DNA of 64,000 nucleotides from Bacillota bacterium (GCA_028686075.1 JAQUCT010000004.1:1833-65832), one strand, 5' to 3'. Numbered from the stretch's first letter, positions 1 to 9,469 are shown. The notes: generated by a model from the sequence alone, not told the origin. A program made the numbers and translations.

Positions 1-647
1 GTAGAATTCTCGATAACCGCCTGAATCAAACCCGAACCGCCCCTTGGAATTAATACGTCTATATATCTGTTCAGCTTCATCATCTGGGCAGCTGTCTGTC
101 TGCTTGTATCTTCTATCAATTGAACCGCCCCTTCCGGAAAATTCAACCTGCAAAGGACATCGTTTATAATGGTAACAACAGCTTTGTTTGAATTAATTGC
201 TTCGCTGCCTCCCCGCAGTATTACCGCATTTCCTGTTTTGAGGGACAATCCCGCCACATCGGCCGTAACATTGGGCCTTGCCTCGTATATAATACCTATT
301 ACACCTATAGGCACCCGCTGCTTGCCTATCAATAGTCCGTTTGGCCTTTTCCACATTGAAATTACTTCCCCCACGGGATCGGGCAGCTCTGATATGTCCA
401 AAAGCCCATTAGCCATACTTTTCACTCTTTCTGAGGTCAAAGTGAGCCTGTCTATTAAAGCACCTGTAATACCTTTATTTTCAGCATTTTCAACGTCAAT
501 GGAATTTGCGTCCAATATCTCCTCGGTTCTTTCCACCAGCATACGAGCTATTTCTGTAAGCGCTTTATCCTTTTGTCCCGAAGACATACTAGAAAGACAA
601 AATGATGCCTGCTTTGCCCTTTCACCTTTTAACATCAGTTCATTCAT
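1..647 (-). CDS. proA: gamma-glutamyl phosphate reductase ProA, N-terminal ~215 aa; remainder lies beyond the window edge
   Basis: Minus-strand ORF with ATG at 645-647 (MNELMLKGERAK...IGVIGIIYEARPNVTADVAGLSLKTGNAVILRGGSEA...). It is absent from the ORF track because it runs off the edge. It sits directly downstream of proB in proBA order. Confidence 0.8.
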   Translation of the reverse strand, partial: MNELMLKGERAKQASFCLSSMSSGQKDKALTEIARMLVERTEEILDANSIDVENAENKGITGALIDRLTLTSERVKSMANGLLDISELPDPVGEVISMWKRPNGLLIGKQRVPIGVIGIIYEARPNVTADVAGLSLKTGNAVILRGGSEAINSNKAVVTIINDVLCRLNFPEGAVQLIEDTSRQTAAQMMKLNRYIDVLIPRGGSGLIQAVIENS

Positions 648-1500
648 TTTCACGCTCACCTTTCCTTTTTCTTGAAACAAACAATGTTCCCACATCTTTG
701 CCATTTATAATATCTATTATTATTGAAGGATCCTCACCATTTGCTATAACCATATCTGTCCCTGCAAACGTTGCGATTTTACCTGCGTATAATTTAGTAA
801 CCATACCGCCTATACCTCTTTCAGTACCAGCACCGGCAGCACACGCCTGAATATCATCGGTGACTTCTTCCACTATCGAAATCATTTTTGCGTTAGGATT
901 TTTCCTAGGATCCGTCTCGTAAAGTCCTTCAATATCCGACAGCAAAATTAATAAATCCGCTTTTATAAGTTTTGCCACTATGGCGGACAATGTATCATTT
1001 TCGCCGAATTTAATCTCTTCAACCGCTACAGAATCGTTTTCATTGACTATTGGTATTATGCCTTTATGGAATAAACTCTCAAAGGTATTTGTAACATTAT
1101 GCCTTCTTATATCATTTTCTGTCACATCGCGGGTAAGAAGCATCTGCCCTACAATATGTCCATATTCCGAAAACAACCTGCTGTATATATTCATAAGTTC
1201 ACACTGGCCTACGGTTGCCATTGCCTGTTTTTCACGCACGGTATCGGGTTTCTTTACCAGATCCAAACGACCAATGCCAATTGCAATCGCACCTGAGGTC
1301 ACAAGCACTACTTTTTTGCCCTGATTTGTCAAATCCGCTATTACCCTTACCAGCCTGCTGATGTTGGTCAGGTTAGGTTTTGCGTTGTTGTATGTTATTG
1401 TTGAACTACCCACTTTTATAACTATCCTATCTGCATTGTGCAATCTGCTGCGTATATTACCCGCATGCATATCCTTCTCATACTGATTGGGTTTTAACAT
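640..1500 (-). CDS. proB: glutamate 5-kinase (short form without PUA domain)
   Basis: 286-aa ORF; RIVIKVGSS N-terminal motif and overall amino-acid-kinase family similarity. Confidence 0.88.
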   Translation of the reverse strand: MLKPNQYEKDMHAGNIRSRLHNADRIVIKVGSSTITYNNAKPNLTNISRLVRVIADLTNQGKKVVLVTSGAIAIGIGRLDLVKKPDTVREKQAMATVGQCELMNIYSRLFSEYGHIVGQMLLTRDVTENDIRRHNVTNTFESLFHKGIIPIVNENDSVAVEEIKFGENDTLSAIVAKLIKADLLILLSDIEGLYETDPRKNPNAKMISIVEEVTDDIQACAAGAGTERGIGGMVTKLYAGKIATFAGTDMVIANGEDPSIIIDIINGKDVGTLFVSRKRKGERENE

Positions 1501-1537
1501 ATAGGCTATTACCTCCTTTGAACCGGGACAATAAATA

Positions 1538-1800
1538 AAACCCCTTCATCCTTAAAAGAGGACGAAAGGGTTAATTTCCGCGGTACCACCTCAATTGACC
1601 GTATAACGGGTCCGTCTTAGTGTCAACTATAATCGGCATGCCTTTGATATCGGAAAGCAAATTCCGGACTGGCTCATCACCAACAGCTCGGAGGCGGGTT
1701 TCAAAAACGTCCTACCGTCAAACCTTGCAACCTGGGGTTTAACTCTCTATAGGTGGATCCGTCTTATACTGTTCCTCTTCATCGCCACAATAAATAATTT
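1538..1800 (-). promoter_or_regulatory. T-box riboswitch leader of proBA
   Basis: On the minus strand: GCGATGAAGAGGAACAGTA (stem-I GA/K-turn motif), an AGAGAG box, and the T-box sequence AATTGAGGTGGTACCGCGG (16/18 to consensus AATTAGGGTGGTACCGCG), overlapping an 11-bp terminator stem followed by TTTTATTTATT just upstream of the proB ATG. Specifier codon not resolved. Confidence 0.6.
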
Positions 1801-1806
1801 TTCTAA

Positions 1807-1835
1807 ATGATATCACAGTTAAATACATCTGTCAA
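1807..1835 (-). promoter_or_regulatory. sigma-A-type promoter for the T-box-proBA transcript
   Basis: Minus strand TTGACA-17 nt-TATCAT; -35 at 1830-1835, -10 at 1807-1812. Confidence 0.5.
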
Positions 1836-2305
1836 CATGCTCTAACTTCGGAGCTTTTTGCCGTAAATTGCAAGTTTAATTGCCCACCATTTTGTACCAG
1901 TTATATCTATGTTGCTAGTAGAGGCCTCTCCCCCTAGGGGGAGACTATACTTGCAGATTGCTTTTGCAATACTAAACGCAACCAGTAGGTTTGTCAGATT
2001 TAATGCAACTATTTTTATTTCCTACCGTTGCATTTACAATGTCAACTGAGGGCCAATTTTATAGCGCTCTTTTTCAGAAATCTGTTTCCATTTCCTCTTA
2101 CCTGTGGTATGCTGTTCTTGATCCATTCCGTTTCCCTCCAGTCGCTTTTGTTCTCAACATTAAGCATAACTGGTTTGAACCCGGAATGGGTCTTTTTTTA
2201 TTTGTTTGGGCAATTCATTTTACAACTTACCTTTTCTATTGATCATGATAAATACCTCCTAGTATTTAATGTCCACTTTTGTTAATACATGATGTCCATA
2301 TAAAT

Positions 2306-2453
2306 TTATATATATAACGTGCTTAAGACTTTACATCTTCTAACATGTCATCCTGAGCGATAGCGAAGGATCTATCTACAAGTAGGATTCTTCGGGCTTC
2401 GCTTCTTCGGAACGACAGATAAGGAATATTATACTATTAATGCGTTATATATA
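2306..2453 (+). repeat. dispersed MITE/REP-like element, copy R1 (forward orientation)
   Basis: TATATATAACGTGC...GCGTTATATATA terminal inverted repeats; internal TGTCATCCTGAGCGATAGCGAAGGATC and GATTCTTCGGGCTTCG units shared with 9 other loci. Confidence 0.85.
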
Positions 2454-2571
2454 AAGACTTTTTAAAACAGATGAACCGTATCCTGTGTAATCCAATAAAC
2501 ACAAAATGTATGAATGAGCACATATGACAAGCCTTATCTTTTCTGTATTGTTGTAAGGTTGCTGTCAAATA

Positions 2572-2612
2572 CAAAAAATAACAAAGCCCTGCAAACATAG
2601 TATTTGCAAGGC
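2572..2612 (-). terminator. rho-independent terminator of the tRNA operon
   Basis: Minus-strand hairpin GCCTTGCAAA-loop-TTTGCAGGGC followed by TTTGTTATTTTTT. Confidence 0.6.
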
Positions 2613-2620
2613 TTTTATTC

Positions 2621-2697
2621 TGGTGCGCCCTGAGGGATTCGAACCCCCGACCAACTGATTCGAAGTCAGCGACTCTATCCAGCTGAGCTAAGGGCGC
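2621..2697 (-). tRNA. tRNA-Arg (anticodon TCG)
   Basis: Revcomp GCGCCCTTAGCTCAGCTGGATAGAGT...anticodon loop CUUCGAA...GGTTCGAATCC...CCA; cloverleaf folded by eye. Confidence 0.9.
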
Positions 2698-2731
2698 ATA
2701 TTTATACGCCGCCGCATCGGCGCAGATTGGA

Positions 2732-2807
2732 TGGTGACCCATCCGCGACTCGAACGCGGGACACCCTGATTAAAAGTCAGGTGCTCTGCCGACTGAGCTA
2801 ATGGGTC
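2732..2807 (-). tRNA. tRNA-Lys (anticodon TTT)
   Basis: Revcomp GACCCATTAGCTCAGTCGGCAGAGC...loop CUUUUAA...GTTCGAGTC...CCA. Confidence 0.9.
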
Positions 2808-2813
2808 ACAAAA

Positions 2814-2889
2814 TGGCTGGGGCGGCAGGACTCGAACCTACGAATGCCAGAGTCAAAGTCTGGTGCCTTACCGGCTTGGCTACGCCCCA
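2814..2889 (-). tRNA. tRNA-Gln (anticodon TTG)
   Basis: Revcomp TGGGGCGTAGCCAAGCCGGTAAGGC...loop CUUUGAC...GGTTCGAGTCC...CCCCAGCCA, very close to E. coli tRNA-Gln. Confidence 0.9.
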
Positions 2890-2898
2890 AAGATAATG

Positions 2899-2976
<78 letters not shown>

Positions 2977-2982
2977 ATATAA

Positions 2983-3059
2983 TGGTGCGCCTGCAGGGAC
3001 TCGAACCCCGGGCTCACGGATTAGAAGTCCGTTGCTCTATCCACCTGAGCTACAGGCGC
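2983..3059 (-). tRNA. tRNA-Arg (anticodon TCT)
   Basis: Revcomp GCGCCTGTAGCTCAGGTGGATAGAGC...loop CUUCUAA...GGTTCGAGTCC...CCA. Confidence 0.9.
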
Positions 3060-3064
3060 AAAAC

Positions 3065-3138
3065 TGGAGCGGGTGATGGGAATCGAACCCACGCGACTAG
3101 CTTGGAAGGCTAGGGCTCTACCATTGAGCTACACCCGC
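3065..3138 (-). tRNA. tRNA-Gly (anticodon TCC)
   Basis: Revcomp GCGGGTGTAGCTCAATGGTAGAGC...loop CUUCCAA...GGTTCGATTCC...CCA. Confidence 0.9.
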
Positions 3139-3158
3139 ACATTCTCCAACAATAAGCT

Positions 3159-3187
3159 ATTATAGCAAACCGGAGCTTGACTGTCAA
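3159..3187 (-). promoter_or_regulatory. consensus sigma-A promoter of the tRNA operon
   Basis: Minus strand TTGACA (3182-3187) -17 nt- TATAAT (3159-3164), about 20 bp upstream of tRNA-Gly. Confidence 0.75.
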
Positions 3188-3271
3188 TGTTCAAAATTTT
3201 CCGTCCCGGTCCGGATGGAGCAGTGATTTTATTGTAAACCAAAAATGGCTCCGGGTCAAGGATTAATGCGA

Positions 3272-3769
3272 TCAAAATTCCACTATCACGGGTTTAATAT
3301 TGCCATTTTGTATTTCAATTATTCCATAGGTGGGCCGATGTACATTCCTTGGCCTCGAAACGCTCCCGGGGTTTAAAAAAACCATCTCGTCCACCCTTAC
3401 AATCCTGGCACTGTGGGTATGTCCAAAGAGTACTATATCGGCACCAATTTCCAACCCCTTATAGTACAATACCTTTATTCCGTCCTTTACCCTGTATTTG
3501 TGCCCATGTACGGCAAACACCGTTTTGCCCCCAATGGCTATTCTCTGCTCGGAGGGAGTATTTGTATCGGTGAAAAAATCGCAGTTTCCGCTAACCTTGT
3601 AAATCGGCCCCGAATGAATCTTTTTAATATGCTCGCAGTCCTTAACATAATCCCCAAGGTGAAAAATAACGTCCGCCCCGCTCATGTGGTTTATGGCCTT
3701 TTCAAGTGCCTGCCTGTCCCCGTGGCTATCGCTTATAACTCCTATTCTCAAATCCCGTCTCCCCTCCAA
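3272..3769 (-). CDS. metallophosphoesterase, YfcE/MJ0936 family
   Basis: [11 protein letters not shown] ... GDYV ... VHGHKY..LFGHTH calcineurin-like motifs; 165 aa. Confidence 0.8.
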   Translation of the reverse strand: MEGRRDLRIGVISDSHGDRQALEKAINHMSGADVIFHLGDYVKDCEHIKKIHSGPIYKVSGNCDFFTDTNTPSEQRIAIGGKTVFAVHGHKYRVKDGIKVLYYKGLEIGADIVLFGHTHSARIVRVDEMVFLNPGSVSRPRNVHRPTYGIIEIQNGNIKPVIVEF

Positions 3770-4361
3770 GGTCGGACAGCCGCTTCCTGACCTTTGAAAA
3801 TGCCCTTGCCCTATGGCTTATGGAATTTTTTGTCCGGGCATCCAGCTGGGCAAAGGTCCTATCGTAGTCCGGGAGGTAAAACAAAGGGTCGTAGCCAAAA
3901 CCACCGGTGCCCTTAGGCTCAAACAGTATCTGCCCTTCGCATTCTCCCCGCACCGTAAAATGGCCGCCATCGGGAAACACCACCGTTGCCGCACAGACAA
4001 ACCTTGCCGTCCTTTTAGCTTCGGGGACATCCACCATCATAGCAAGCAGCTTTAAGTTGTTGCTCTCATCGGTCGCATTTTTACCCGAGAACCGGGCGGA
4101 ATGCACTCCCGGCCGGCCACATAGCTCGTCCACCTCCAGCCCGGAATCGTCTGCTATGGCTGTCATGCCGGTGGCCTCCATGAACTCCAGTGCCTTTTTA
4201 TAAGAATTCTCCTCAAAGGTGGCCCCGTCTTCAACCACCTCAAATTCCGCCCCTGCATCGACCGCGGACATAACTGTCCAATCCAGTCCCTCCAGTATTT
4301 CCATTATCTCTTTCGCCTTTTTTTTATTTCTGCTGGCAACCACCATTGTCTTTTTTGTCAT
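3726..4361 (-). CDS. rdgB: dITP/XTP pyrophosphatase (Ham1/RdgB)
   Basis: [14 protein letters not shown]...TFEENS..KA... Ham1 family signature; adjacent to rph as in Bacillus. Confidence 0.85.
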   Translation of the reverse strand: MTKKTMVVASRNKKKAKEIMEILEGLDWTVMSAVDAGAEFEVVEDGATFEENSYKKALEFMEATGMTAIADDSGLEVDELCGRPGVHSARFSGKNATDESNNLKLLAMMVDVPEAKRTARFVCAATVVFPDGGHFTVRGECEGQILFEPKGTGGFGYDPLFYLPDYDRTFAQLDARTKNSISHRARAFSKVRKRLSDLGGETGFENRSYKR

Positions 4362-5100
4362 CCTTCAAACCTCCCGGCAACACGTCTTCCAGGGCCTTTT
4401 TTTGGGCCTCCGCCAGTTTCCCTATACCGTTCATTCCCAGCTCCACCATCCTGTACATCCTGTCCACCGTAAAGGGAAAGGCCTCCCCCGTACCCTGGAT
4501 CTCCACAACCTTGCCGGTACCGGTCATTACAAGGTTCATATCCACCTGGGCTTTGCTGTCCTCGGCATAGCACAGGTCCAGTGCGATCTCTCCGTCCACA
4601 ATGCCTACGCTCACCGCCGCCACCATATCGGTAACCGGTATCTCCTTTATTATCCCCTGTTTCTTCATGTGGCCCAGCGCATCCACCAGTGCCACAAAGG
4701 AGCCGGTTATGGATGCGGTCCTTGTACCGCCGTCCGCCTGGAGTACGTCACAGTCTATCCAGATTGTGTACTCCCCTCCAAGTTTGTCCAGGTTAACTAT
4801 CGACCTAAGGGACCTTCCAATTAGCCTTTGTATCTCCTGGGTCCTTCCCTCCGGCCTTCCCCTGACAATCTCCCTTACCTTCCTTACAGCCGTGGAGCGG
4901 GGCAGCATGGAGTATTCCGCCGTAATCCATCCCCGGCCCATACCCTTTAAAAATTGGGGCACCTTCTCCTCCACTGAGGCGGTACACAGCACCTTTGTAT
5001 CGCCGGTCTCTATAAGAACCGACCCTTCACCGTATTTGGTGAAATTTTTGGTAATTCTAACCGGTCTCAACTCATTAAACAGTCTTCCGTCTATCCTCAA
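4324..5100 (-). CDS. rph: ribonuclease PH
   Basis: RIDGR...RPVRIT...[18 protein letters not shown]...[15 protein letters not shown] PNPase/RNase PH family; probable TTG start. Confidence 0.88.
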   Translation of the reverse strand: MRIDGRLFNELRPVRITKNFTKYGEGSVLIETGDTKVLCTASVEEKVPQFLKGMGRGWITAEYSMLPRSTAVRKVREIVRGRPEGRTQEIQRLIGRSLRSIVNLDKLGGEYTIWIDCDVLQADGGTRTASITGSFVALVDALGHMKKQGIIKEIPVTDMVAAVSVGIVDGEIALDLCYAEDSKAQVDMNLVMTGTGKVVEIQGTGEAFPFTVDRMYRMVELGMNGIGKLAEAQKKALEDVLPGGLKDDKKDNGGCQQK

Positions 5101-5195
5101 AAACCACTCAACTCCTTTTTCCCGAACGGCGGCCCTGAGCCCGTTTCTCCTTTGGGCCGCCTGGTAAACTCCTTATATCATATCATAATTATTGC

Positions 5196-6224
5196 CTAAT
5201 GGTACTCATTTGCAAACACAGGTACATCAATTACGCTTTCCAATACCACGCCGGTAGGCAGCTGCGCCGGCTGCCCGTCCACAAGGAACACCACCCCGGT
5301 GACCGCCGGGTACTCCTTAAGGGTTAGCGCGATGGATTTAACTATATTCTCCGCTACGCTGTCGCCGCCTTTATAATCGAAAATTCCCTTACCGAAGTTA
5401 AGATAGGCTATACCGTTTTTTATCCCCATTCCATTTATACTTACATTATCCGGTATGGAGGACTTCAAACCGCTTCCCCCCGGCGGGCCCCCCAATAGGC
5501 ACTTTAGTGCCGCGTCCATGTCCTCTCCGGCGGTGCCTGTGCCCAGCGTTACCGGTACAAAGTATTCGTAACCCTTTTCGTTTGTCCGGTGGAAATATAT
5601 CGTTACTCTGGAGCCTGCCACATCTCCGGCGGTGTTTATGTCTTCCCTTTCAATAGGACCACTGGTGCTGGTGCCAAACTTTAAGGTCTCCATCACGTCC
5701 CCTTCTATCATAAACTGAACACTGTCCACCGTATTAAACTCAGTCAGCGTATAAACCACCGAATTAAGCATTAATTCCTCTTCTTTGACGGTGCCGTAAT
5801 TTAAAGCCTCCGCCGACAGGTCCACCTTAGCCAGCCCGTCCCTTATGGTAAGACCCAGCACCTCCGTGCCTTCGGGGACGGCAGAATAAAGTCCCGTATC
5901 CTGCGCCATAACAGACAGGTCTGTGTCGGATATTAGTCTTTGCAGCGCAGCCCTGGCGATGCCTTCCTCCCACTCAATATTAACTGAAACCGGAACAAGG
6001 TATCCATCGCTGTCCCTGTAATACAGCACCGTATCCCTAATTCTGGCACCCACCGCACCGTCAACCTCCAAATCCTCCCCGGGCAGGGTATCGGTCTCCG
6101 GTGCCTCCAGGGAATCGCCACCACCATTTATCCAATCCAAAAATATAGTGACAGGGTTCTGGCAGCCCGTTACAAAGACCGCCATACAGACTATTATTAC
6201 CACCGCAGCAATGCGTTTTAACAT
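5196..6224 (-). CDS. gerM: GerM-family sporulation/germination lipoprotein (two GerMN domains)
   Basis: Lipoprotein signal MLKRIAAVVIIVCMAVFVTGC with SD GGGGAGG 7 nt upstream; the track ORF extends to 6263; gerM-rph neighbourhood as in B. subtilis. Confidence 0.7.
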   Translation of the reverse strand: MLKRIAAVVIIVCMAVFVTGCQNPVTIFLDWINGGGDSLEAPETDTLPGEDLEVDGAVGARIRDTVLYYRDSDGYLVPVSVNIEWEEGIARAALQRLISDTDLSVMAQDTGLYSAVPEGTEVLGLTIRDGLAKVDLSAEALNYGTVKEEELMLNSVVYTLTEFNTVDSVQFMIEGDVMETLKFGTSTSGPIEREDINTAGDVAGSRVTIYFHRTNEKGYEYFVPVTLGTGTAGEDMDAALKCLLGGPPGGSGLKSSIPDNVSINGMGIKNGIAYLNFGKGIFDYKGGDSVAENIVKSIALTLKEYPAVTGVVFLVDGQPAQLPTGVVLESVIDVPVFANEYH

Positions 6225-6251
6225 TCCAATTCCTCCCCGATTTTCTTTAAC

Positions 6252-6466
6252 TATATAACGCACTAATAATATTACATTCCTTTACCTGTCATTCCGAAGA
6301 AGCGAAGCCCGTAGAATCCGACTCTGTCGCTTAAGAGGGCGAAGCCCGTAGAATCTTATTGTAGATAGACATTTAGCTGTCAAAGGTCCTTCGCTACCGC
6401 TCAGGATGACAGAATCGCTCAGGATGACACGTTAGAAGATGTAAAGTCTTAAGCACGTTGTATATA
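6252..6466 (-). repeat. MITE/REP-like element copy R2 (reverse orientation, long variant with internal unit duplications)
   Basis: Revcomp aligns end-to-end with R1: TATATACAACGTGCTTAAGACTTTACATCTTCTAACGTGTCATCCTGAGCG...GAATGTAATATTATTAGTGCG. Confidence 0.85.
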
Positions 6467-6499
6467 AAATATATTAAGAAGGAATGGCCACTATGATTT

Positions 6500-7024
6500 T
6501 TATTTCCTCTTAACGCTCCTCATGTATCCGCCCCTTGTCTCCCGGGTATCACTGACTGTAACAAAAGCTTCGGCATCGGTTTTTTTGAGGTAATCCATAA
6601 GCACGTGCAGCTCTTTCCTGTGAAGCGTTGTATCCAGCATGCACACGGGGCCGTTCTTGCCTATGCCCTCAATCATTGTAACGCCAAAGCCCATGCTCCG
6701 GAGCTTTTCTGCCAACCCTTCATCGCATGTTTTTTTGGGAACAATCCTGACCATAATGGTTCCGATAGCCATTTTATTCTCTATAATGCTTCCCACAACG
6801 TTGCCCACAGCAAAACCCGAGGAGTATGCCAGTATGTTTACCCAATTATCCAATGTACTCATAACCCTTCCGAGAGCCAGAATGTAAATGGTTACCTCGA
6901 AAAACCCCAGTACTCCGGCGAGGTACTTTTTGCCCCGCACTATCAATAGCATCCTAACTGTGAGCAAAGACACATCTATTACTCTTGCAAAAAATATAAA
7001 CAGAAAATTCAATAAAACACCCAT
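6500..7024 (-). CDS. UPF0316/DUF2179 family small membrane protein
   Basis: 174 aa with N-terminal TM segments and a C-terminal soluble domain; SD GGAGGG present. Family assignment from memory only. Confidence 0.5.
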   Translation of the reverse strand: MGVLLNFLFIFFARVIDVSLLTVRMLLIVRGKKYLAGVLGFFEVTIYILALGRVMSTLDNWVNILAYSSGFAVGNVVGSIIENKMAIGTIMVRIVPKKTCDEGLAEKLRSMGFGVTMIEGIGKNGPVCMLDTTLHRKELHVLMDYLKKTDAEAFVTVSDTRETRGGYMRSVKRK

Positions 7025-7115
7025 ATGATTCCCTCCATAGAATTAGTATTAAGTTTTAAGTCCTTATTATTTCATATTCAAAGAAAATACTAATATTTCC
7101 TTTGAACAAAGTCAA

Positions 7116-7146
7116 CATAAAAAAGCCCGGGAAACTTAAGTTCCCG
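7116..7146 (-). terminator. rho-independent terminator after the amidase gene
   Basis: Minus strand CGGGAACTTAAGTTTCCCG followed by GGCTTTTTTATG. Confidence 0.7.
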
Positions 7147-7247
7147 ACAAAGTCACGGGACACACCGCTTTCCGAGGGTATTCCTTGCTGCGGCATGTCC
7201 CCTACTATAATAAACTATCTATTTTGAAACCTGGCTAATCCTTATTT

Positions 7248-9245
7248 CTATTCATTGGTCAGCAGTATTTCATTCACGTAGCGCACTATACCGTTTGACA
7301 GCGCCTGGGCACACCTCTGTCTGTAGCCTTCGGTAACAAGTAGTGCCCTTTCATTACTGTTTGTCAAAAATCCTAATTCCGCAATAACCGCCGGCATCTT
7401 TGTCTCCCGGGTAACCACCAGATTTGGCCTTGGTATTAATCCTCTGTCAGCGGTTTTGAGTTCCCGGAGCAGTTCCTGCTGTATTATCTTTGCCAGCGTG
7501 TAATTGTCCCTGTTGTCCAGTTCACTCTTTTCGGATGGGTAGTACAGCGTCTCCACACCGTAAATGGAACTGTTGGTCTCGTGGGCGTTGGCATGAACGC
7601 TTATATACAGGTCGGCATTGGCTGCGTTCGCTATGCCTGCTCTTTCGTACAGGTCTACAAAACTGTCGTCCTCCCTTATCATGAGGGTCCTGAAACCAAG
7701 GTCCTCAAGCAGTGCCCTCAACCGGTGGGACACATCTATGTTTATGTCCTTTTCTTTGACACCGCCGTGGTTTGCCCCGGGGTCACCGCCACCATGACCG
7801 GGGTCTATTACTATTAGCGTATCCTGATACAAAGAAGGCACAGCCGACAGTTCCAGCACTATTTCACGGGCCTTATTCGGCGAAGCTACCTTGTACCTGG
7901 CCTCTTCCTTGAGATATACAACTATATAGCCCGCCTTCTCGGAAGAATCGTAGGGTATAGATACTATCCTGTCTACAACCCCGTTATTGATTAAAACCTC
8001 TCCCTCCTCGATGAAGGCGTCCTTATCGGGTATTTCAACAGTGACGGTCCTTTCATTTTTGTCATATTCGACGCTGTACTCTACCTTTTCCTTCATGTCT
8101 ATCGAAAGGATACCGGTCTTCCATCCCGTGCCGACGTATTCTATCGACTGGAGCGGGAACCCGTCTACGAATACCCGCAATCCCTTTTCGCTGCTCTCTA
8201 CGTTGTACTGAAGGGCGTGGTCAAGGTCGATTACCGTCCTTACCGTATTCTCTTCGAACTGTGAGAACCTTACCGACCGGATGCCGTCCCTTGCTATGGG
8301 AATAGAACCGTCCTTCATGCCCCCCAGACGGGTGTTGAACATATCCACAACGATCCTATCGGGTTGTTGCAGCGTCATTGTTTCGAAATCCAGCCTTGAG
8401 GTGGCACCCACCACAAGCAACTTTCTATCTCCCTCATCCACGTAGTGGATATCATTGACCGTATTTACCGTTCTTATCTTAATCTGCTTTGCGTCCTCGT
8501 CATAATCTATGCTGTATCCGGAGGGGCTGATAAGGTCTATCACTACCCTGGATATGTTGGGGTTTACCTCGAACTGGGACGCCCTTACCCGAATCATATT
8601 ACCCCTGTCTACATCTATCCTGCTTGTGTCCGACCGGAAAACGGTATTCTGAAAGTCTATAACCAGCCTGTCCGGCTCCTGCAAAAACATGGTCCGGTAC
8701 GCTACATCGCCGGTGGTATTTAGTATAATTGCATCCTCCCGACTATCGTACCGCATATCCAGTATATCCGCCTTGGGCGAAGTAAGCAACACTGTATAGG
8801 TGGAATTATCCCAACCCACATCAAGGCCAACAACCTCGGTAACGGCCCTTACCGGAACCATTGTCCGGTCGTTTATCAGCTTGGCGGGGACCTCCAGGGC
8901 TGCCTTGTTACCGTTTATATCCATCTCGCTGCTGTCAATTTTTAGTTTTACCTTTTTGTCACCGGTATTTATGGTTACCTCATAGTTCTGCCCGTCCCAG
9001 TCCACGCTGGCCCCGGTGCTTTCGGTTATTATGCGTATGGGTACAAGAGTCCTGTCGTTAATTATAACCGCGGGTACATCCGAGTTAAGTACCTTGCCAT
9101 CCAATTTTATCGTAACCGGGGGAGCTTTATATGTAACCTGTTTGCCGTCCATATGTAGTATTAGCTGCTGTTCCTTAAGCGCATATACGCTCGTGCCCGA
9201 CATCAAAATAACCACAATCAATACCAGTGCCGCCGCCTTTTTCAA
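7248..9245 (-). CDS. N-acetylmuramoyl-L-alanine amidase with N-terminal CuAO_N repeats and AMIN domains
   Basis: Signal peptide; two copper-amine-oxidase-N-like repeats (LVPIRIITESTGASVDWDG / MVPVRAVTEVVGLDVGWDN); C-terminal Amidase_3 (LIVIDPGHGGGDPGA...YISVHANA...). Confidence 0.8.
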   Translation of the reverse strand: MKKAAALVLIVVILMSGTSVYALKEQQLILHMDGKQVTYKAPPVTIKLDGKVLNSDVPAVIINDRTLVPIRIITESTGASVDWDGQNYEVTINTGDKKVKLKIDSSEMDINGNKAALEVPAKLINDRTMVPVRAVTEVVGLDVGWDNSTYTVLLTSPKADILDMRYDSREDAIILNTTGDVAYRTMFLQEPDRLVIDFQNTVFRSDTSRIDVDRGNMIRVRASQFEVNPNISRVVIDLISPSGYSIDYDEDAKQIKIRTVNTVNDIHYVDEGDRKLLVVGATSRLDFETMTLQQPDRIVVDMFNTRLGGMKDGSIPIARDGIRSVRFSQFEENTVRTVIDLDHALQYNVESSEKGLRVFVDGFPLQSIEYVGTGWKTGILSIDMKEKVEYSVEYDKNERTVTVEIPDKDAFIEEGEVLINNGVVDRIVSIPYDSSEKAGYIVVYLKEEARYKVASPNKAREIVLELSAVPSLYQDTLIVIDPGHGGGDPGANHGGVKEKDINIDVSHRLRALLEDLGFRTLMIREDDSFVDLYERAGIANAANADLYISVHANAHETNSSIYGVETLYYPSEKSELDNRDNYTLAKIIQQELLRELKTADRGLIPRPNLVVTRETKMPAVIAELGFLTNSNERALLVTEGYRQRCAQALSNGIVRYVNEILLTNE

Positions 9246-9359
9246 TTTTATGACCCCCTGATGTGAAAAAATGCCTTGTTCAATTGTCCGTTTTCTGCCA
9301 TATGTTTTCGACTTATTATATCATAAAACCCCTATTTTTTGTTGGTTTTAGTCCAATTA

Positions 9360-9426
9360 TGTAAATTTAATACCCCTGTAATACGGCTGTAATAACTATG
9401 TAATATATTGAGCAGTTATTACAGCC
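9360..9426 (-). promoter_or_regulatory. candidate regulator-binding array upstream of the amidase gene
   Basis: TGTAA(A/T)(T/A) at 9360, 9377, 9388 and 9399 (the last three phased at 11 bp), plus a perfect 13-bp inverted repeat GGCTGTAATAACT-N16-AGTTATTACAGCC (9385-9426). Confidence 0.35.
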
Positions 9427-9469
9427 TGCAATCGCTACCTTATATTTTGACTTTAATCGACAGCAGAAT

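Noticed and set aside
169-850. Plus-strand ORFs 169..675 and 602..850
   Set aside because: They lie antisense to proA and proB, which have clear homology; they have no SD and a low-complexity Ser/Pro/Thr-rich composition typical of reverse-frame artefacts.
1991-2285. Overlapping plus-strand ORFs 1991..2242 and 2028..2285
   Set aside because: They sit in two different frames over the same DNA, with no SD and hydrophobic low-complexity products. They are treated as a non-coding gap instead.
4219-5167. Plus-strand ORFs 4219..4824 and 4601..5167 (about 190-200 aa)
   Set aside because: Antisense to rph; Ser/Thr/Pro-rich; no SD.
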